Below, piece by piece: positions 56,101-64,000 of a stretch of 64,000 nucleotides of DNA. Origin of the DNA: Eledone cirrhosa. Lineage: Eukaryota. The notes beneath the pieces were generated by a model, which saw only the letters and a program-made list of their open reading frames with translations, searched no databases and was not told the DNA's origin. Location: positions 377,642,001-377,706,000 of the forward strand of contig OZ024742.1 of assembly GCA_964016885.1 (NCBI GenBank). Reading direction: 5' to 3'. A program made the position numbers and the translations under genes. The stretch's first letter is position 1; the number at the start of each line of letters is the position of its first letter.

Positions 56101-59100
56101 ACCACACGATACCATACCACACAACACCAAACCATACCACACCACACGACACCACACATTACCACACCACTCCTCACCACACCACATCATACTACACCAC
56201 ACCATACCACACCACACCACACCACACCACACCATACCACATCACACCAGACCATACCACACTACACTACACTACACCACACCACACCACACCACACTAC
56301 ACTAGACCACACCACAGCACACCACACTATACCACACGATAACACACCACACCACACCACACCACACTACACCACACCACACCACACTACACCACACCAC
56401 ACTACACCATACCACACGATACCACACCACAACACACCACACCACACCACACCACATCACACCATTCCACACCACACCACAACACACCACAACACACCAT
56501 ACCACATCACACCACACCACATCACACTACACCATACCATACCACACCACACCATACCACACCACACGGCACCACACCACACCACACCATACAACACACC
56601 ATACCACACCACACCGCACCACACCACACCACACCACACCACACCATGACACACCATACCACACCATACCACACCACACCATATCACACCATACCACACC
56701 ATACCACACAAACACCACACCACACCACACCACACCATACCACACCACACCACACCACACCACACCATGACACACCATACCACACCATACCACACCACAC
56801 CATATCACACCATACCACACCATACCACACAAACACCACACCACACCACACCACACCATACCACACCACACCACACCACACCACACCATGACACACCATA
56901 CCACACCATACCACACCACACCATATTACACCATACCACACCATACCACACAAACACCACACCACACCACACCACACCATACCACACCACACCACACCAC
57001 ACCACACCATGACACACCATACCACAGCATACCACACCACACCATATCACACCATACCACACCATACCACACAAACACCACACCACACCACACCATACCA
57101 CACCACAGCACACCATACCACACCACACCATACACACCACACCACACCACACCACACCACACCATACCACAGCACAGCACACCACACCATACCACACCAC
57201 ACTACACTACACTACACCACACCACACCACACCACACTACACTAGACCACACTACACCACACCACACCATACCACACCACACTACACTACACTACACCAC
57301 ACCACACCACACCACACTACACTAGACCACACCACAGCACACCACACTATACCACACGATAACACACCACACCACACCACACCACACTACACCACACCAC
57401 ACCACACTACACCACACCACACTACACCATACCACACGATACCACACCACACCACACCACACCATACCACACAAACACCTCACCACACCACACCACACCA
57501 TAACACAACACACCACACCACACCACACCACACTACACCACACCACGCTAAACAACACCATACCACACCACACCACACTACACCACACCGCACCACATCA
57601 TACCACACCACACCACACTACACCGCACCACATCACACCACACCATACCACACCACACCACAACACACCACAACACACCATACCACACGATACCACACCA
57701 CACCACACCACACCACACCACACCACACCACACCACACCACACCACACCACACCATACCACAGCACAGCACACCACACCATACCACACCACACCACACCA
57801 CACAAAACCACACCATCCCACACCACACCACACCACACCACACCACACCATACCACAGCACAGCACAGCACACCATACCACACCACACCACACCACACAA
57901 AACCACACCATCCCACACCACACCACACCACACCACACCACACCATACCACACCACACCACACCACACGAAACCACACCATCCCACACCACACCACACCA
58001 CACCATACCACACCACACCACACCACACCATACCACAACCCACCACACCACATCATCCCACACCACACAACACCACATCATACCACACCACACGATAACA
58101 CATCACACCATACCATACCACACCACACCAAACCATACCACACCACACGATACCACACCAAACCACACCACACCACACCACACATTACCACACCACTCCA
58201 CACCACACCACATCATACTACACCACACCATACCACACCACACCACACCACACCATACCACATGACACCACACCATACCACACTACACTACACTGCACCA
58301 CACCACACCACACCACACTACACTAGACCACACCACAGCACACCACACTATACCACACGATAACACACCACATCACACCACACTACACCACATCACACCA
58401 CACCATACCACACGATACCACACCACACCACACCACACCACACCATACCACAGCACACCACACTTCACCACACCACACCATTCCACACTATACCACACCA
58501 CACCACACCACACTATACCACACCACAGCATACCACACCACACCACACCACACCATACCACATCACAACACACTACACTACACCACACCACACCACACCA
58601 CACCACAGTACACTACCCTACACTACAACACATCCACACATACCACACTACACTAGACCACACCACACCACACCATACCACACGATACCACACCACACCA
58701 CACCACACCACACCACACCACACCACACTACACCATACCACACCATACCACACCACACCACACCACACCACACTACACCACACCACACCATACCATACCA
58801 CACGATACCACACCATACCACACCACACCTCACCATACTACACCATACCACACCATAACACACCATACCACACCACACCACACCACACCACACCACACCA
58901 CACCACACCACACCACACCACACTACACCATAGCACACCATACCACACCATACTACACCATACCAAACCACACCACACCACACCACACCACACCACACTA
59001 CACCATACCACACGATACCACACCACACCACACCATAGCACACCACACCACACCGTACCACACCACATCACACCATACCATACCACACCACACCACACCA

Positions 59101-62100
59101 CACCATACCACACCACACCACACCACACCATACCACACCACACCACACCATACCACACCACAGCACAACACACCACACCACACCACACCATACCACACCA
59201 CACCACACCATACCACACCACAACACACCACACCACAACACACCATACCACACCACACCACACCACACCACACCACACCACAACACACCACACCACACCA
59301 TACCACACCACACCACACCATACCACACCACACCACAACACACCACACCACAACACACCATACCACACCACGCCACATCACACCACACCATACCACACCA
59401 TACCACACCACACCACACCATACCACACCATACCACACCACACTACACCATACCACACCACACCACATAACACCATACCATACCACACCACACCACAACA
59501 CACCACACCACAAGGCACCACACCACACCACACCACACACCATACCACACCACACCGCACCACACCACAAAATACCACACCACACCATGACACACCATAC
59601 CACACCATACCACACCACACCATATCACACCATACCACACCACACCATACCTCACCATACCACACCACACCACACCATAACACAACACACCACACCACAC
59701 CACACCACACAACACCACACCACGCTAAACCACACCATACCACACCACACCACACTACACCACACCGCACCACATCATACCACACCACACCGCACCACAC
59801 CACACCACACCACACCATGCCACACCACACCATACCACACCACACCACAACACACCACAACACACCATACCACATCACACCACACCACATCACAATACAC
59901 CATACCACACGATACCACCCCACACCACACCACACCACACCATCCCACACCACACCACACCACACCATACCACACCACACCACACCACACTACACCATAC
60001 CACACGATACCACACCTTACCACACCACACCTCACCACACTACACATACCACATGATACCACACCATACCACACCACACCACACCACACCACACCACACC
60101 ACACCACACCACACCACACCACACCACACTACACCATACCACACGATACCACACCACCACACCACACCACTCTACACCATACCGCATCATACCACACCAC
60201 ACCACACCACACCACACTACACCATACCACACCATACCACACAACACCACACCACACCATACCACACCACACCACACCATACCACACCACACCACACCAT
60301 ACCATACCACACCACACCACACCATACCACACCACACCACACCATACCACACCACACCACACCACACCATACACACCACACCACACGATACCACACCACA
60401 CCATACCATACCACACCACACCAAACCATACCACACCACACGATACCACACATTACCACACCACTCCACACCACACCACACCATACCACACCACACCACA
60501 CCACACCACACCATACCACATCACACCAGACCATACCACACTACACTACACTACACCACACCACACCACACCACACTACACTAGACCACACCACAGCACA
60601 CCACACTATACCACACGATAACACACCACACTACACCACACCACACCACACCATACCACACCACACTACACTACACTACACCACACCACACCACACCACA
60701 CCACACCACACTACACTAGACCACACCACACCAAACCATACCACACGATACCACACGATACCACACCACACCTCACCACACTACACCATACCACACCATA
60801 CGACACCACACCCAACCCACCACACCACAACACACCATACCACACCACGCCACATCACACCACACCATACCACACCATACCACACCACACCATACCACAC
60901 CATACCACACCACACCACACCATACCACACCATACCACACCACACCACATAACACCATACCATACCACACCACATCACAACACACCACACCACACGGCAC
61001 CACACCACACCATACCACACACCATAGCACACGACACCGCACCACACCACACAATACCACACCACACCATGACACACCATACCACACCATACCACACCAC
61101 ACCATATCACACCATACCACACCATACCACACAAACACCACACCACATCACACCACACCACACCACACCATACCACACCACACCATATCACACCACACCA
61201 CACCATACACACCACACCACACGATACCACACCACACCATACCATACCACACCACACCAAACCATACCACACCACACGATACCACACATTACCACACCAC
61301 TCCACACCATACCACATCATACTACACCACACCATACCACACCACACCACACCACACCATACCACATGACACCACACCATACCACACTACACTACACTGC
61401 ACCACACCACACCACACCACACTACACTAGACCACACCACAGCACACCACACTATACCACACGATAACACACCACACCACACTACACCACATCACACCAC
61501 ACCATACCACACGATACCACAACACACCACACCACACCACACCATACCACACCACACCACAGCACACCATACCACAGCACACCACACCACACCATACCAC
61601 AGCACACCACACTTCACCACACCACACCATTCCACACTATACCATACCACACCACACCATACTATACCACACCACATCACACCACACCACACCATACTAC
61701 ACCACAGCATACCACACCACACCACACCACACCATACCACATCACAACACACTACACTACACCACACCACACCACACCACAGTACACTACCCTACACTAC
61801 AACACATCCACACATACCACACTACACTAGACCACACCACACCACACCATACCACACGATACCACACCACACCACACCACACCACACCACACCACACCAC
61901 ACCACACTACACCATACCACACCATACCACACCACACCACACCACACCACACTACACCACACCACACCATACCATACCACACGATACCACACCATACCAC
62001 ACCACACCACACCACACCACACTACACCATACCACACCATAACACACCACACCACACCACACCACACCACACCACACCACACCACACCACACCACACCAT

Positions 62101-64000
62101 ACCACACCAGACCATAACACACCACACCACACCACACCACACCACACCACACCACACCACACCACACCATACTACACCATACCACACCACACCACACCAC
62201 ACCACACCACACTACACCATACCACACGATACCACACCACACCACACCACACCATAGCACACCACACCACACCGTACCACACCACACCACACCATACCAT
62301 ACCACACCACACCAAACCACACCATACCATACCACACCACACCATACCACACCACACCACACCATACCACACCACAGCACAACACACCACACCACACCAC
62401 ACCATACCACACCACACCACACCATACCACACCACAACACACCACACCACAACACACCATACCACACCACACCACACCACACCACACCACAACACACCAC
62501 ACCACACCATACCACACCACACCACACCACACCATACACACCACACCACACGATACCACACCACACCATACCATACCACACCACACCAAACCATACCACA
62601 CCACACGATACCACACATTACCACATCACTCCACACCACACCACACCACATCATACCACACCACACCACACCACACCACACTATACCACATCACACCACA
62701 CCATACCACACTACACTACACTACACCACACCACACCACACCACACCACACCACACTACACTAGACCACACCACAGCACACCACACTATACCACACGATA
62801 ACACACCACACCACACCACACTACACCACACCACACCACACCACACTACACCACACCACACTACTCCATACCACACGATACCACACCACACCACACCACA
62901 CCACACCATACCACACCACACCACACCACACCATACCACAGCACAGCACAGCACACCACACCATACCACACCACACCAAACTACACCACACCACAATATT
63001 CCACACCATACCATACCACACCACACCATACTATACCACACCACACTATACCACACCACACCATACCACACGACACCACACCACACCATACTACACCACA
63101 CCATACCACACCACACCACACCGTACCACATCACACCACACTACACCACACCACACCACACCACACCACACTACACTACCCTACACTACAACACATCCAC
63201 ACATACCACACTACACTAGACCACACCACACCACACCATACCACACGATACCACACTACACCACACCACACCACACCATACCACACCACACCACACCACA
63301 CCACACCATACCACACCACACCATACCACACCATACCACACCACACCACACCATACTACACCACACCATACCACACCACACCACACCACACCATACCACA
63401 TCACACCATACCACACCACACCGCACCACACCACACAATACCACACCACACCATGACACACCATACCACACCATACCACACCACACCATATCACACCATA
63501 CCACACCATACCACACAAACACCACACCACACCACACCACACCATACCACACCACACCATATCTCACCAGACCACACCATACACACCACACCACACGATA
63601 CCACACCACACCATACCATACTACGCCACACCAAACCATACCACACCACACGATACCACACATTACCACACCACTCCATACCACACCACATCATACTACA
63701 CCACACCATACCACACCACACCACAGCACACCACACCATACCACATGACACCACACCATACCACACTACACTACACTGCACCACACCACACCACACCACA
63801 CTACACTAGACCACACCACAGCACACCACACTATACCACACGATAACACACCACACCACACCACACTACACCACACCACACCACACCATACCACACGATA
63901 CCACACCACACCACACCACACCACACCACACCACACCACACGGCACCACACCACACCTTACCATACCACACACCATACCACACCACACCGCACCACACCA
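44155..64000. repeat. Pentamer satellite (TACCA)n grading into (CACCA)n with CACTA and other variants, continues off the window end
   Basis: Direct reading. It accounts for all the HT/PH and VW/CG-rich ORFs. Confidence 0.97.

Noticed and set aside
44162-63954. Many long ORFs rich in H/T/P/Y or V/W/C/G (up to 505 aa)
   Set aside because: They are translations of the pentamer satellite in overlapping frames on both strands, with no unique coding sequence.

Overview
Repeat-rich eukaryotic DNA with no intact protein-coding gene. The SINE motifs and microsatellite load suggest a cephalopod such as octopus, but this is inference. There are three zones. (1) 1-29207 is a 28-bp tandem satellite (about 1,040 copies) with kb-scale internal duplications. 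(2) 29208-44150 is an island of microsatellites, tRNA-derived SINE fragments, a decayed CR1-group LINE and a 5'-inverted RTE-type LINE with an 11-bp TSD. (3) 44155-64000 is a (TACCA/CACCA)n pentamer satellite. The main discovery is in zone 2. About 12 kb holds roughly 15 intact, variant or decayed minimal type I hammerhead ribozyme motifs (stem I-CUGANGA-stem II-GAAA-self-complementary stem III-UH-stem I). They lie in small non-coding units flanked by (TA)n, with terminal direct repeats (periods about 360-520 bp) and fold-back palindromes. This fits non-autonomous Penelope-like or retrozyme-like elements. Several carry the compensatory U3-A8 core or long structured stem II insertions. All structures were folded by eye, and no activity has been shown.
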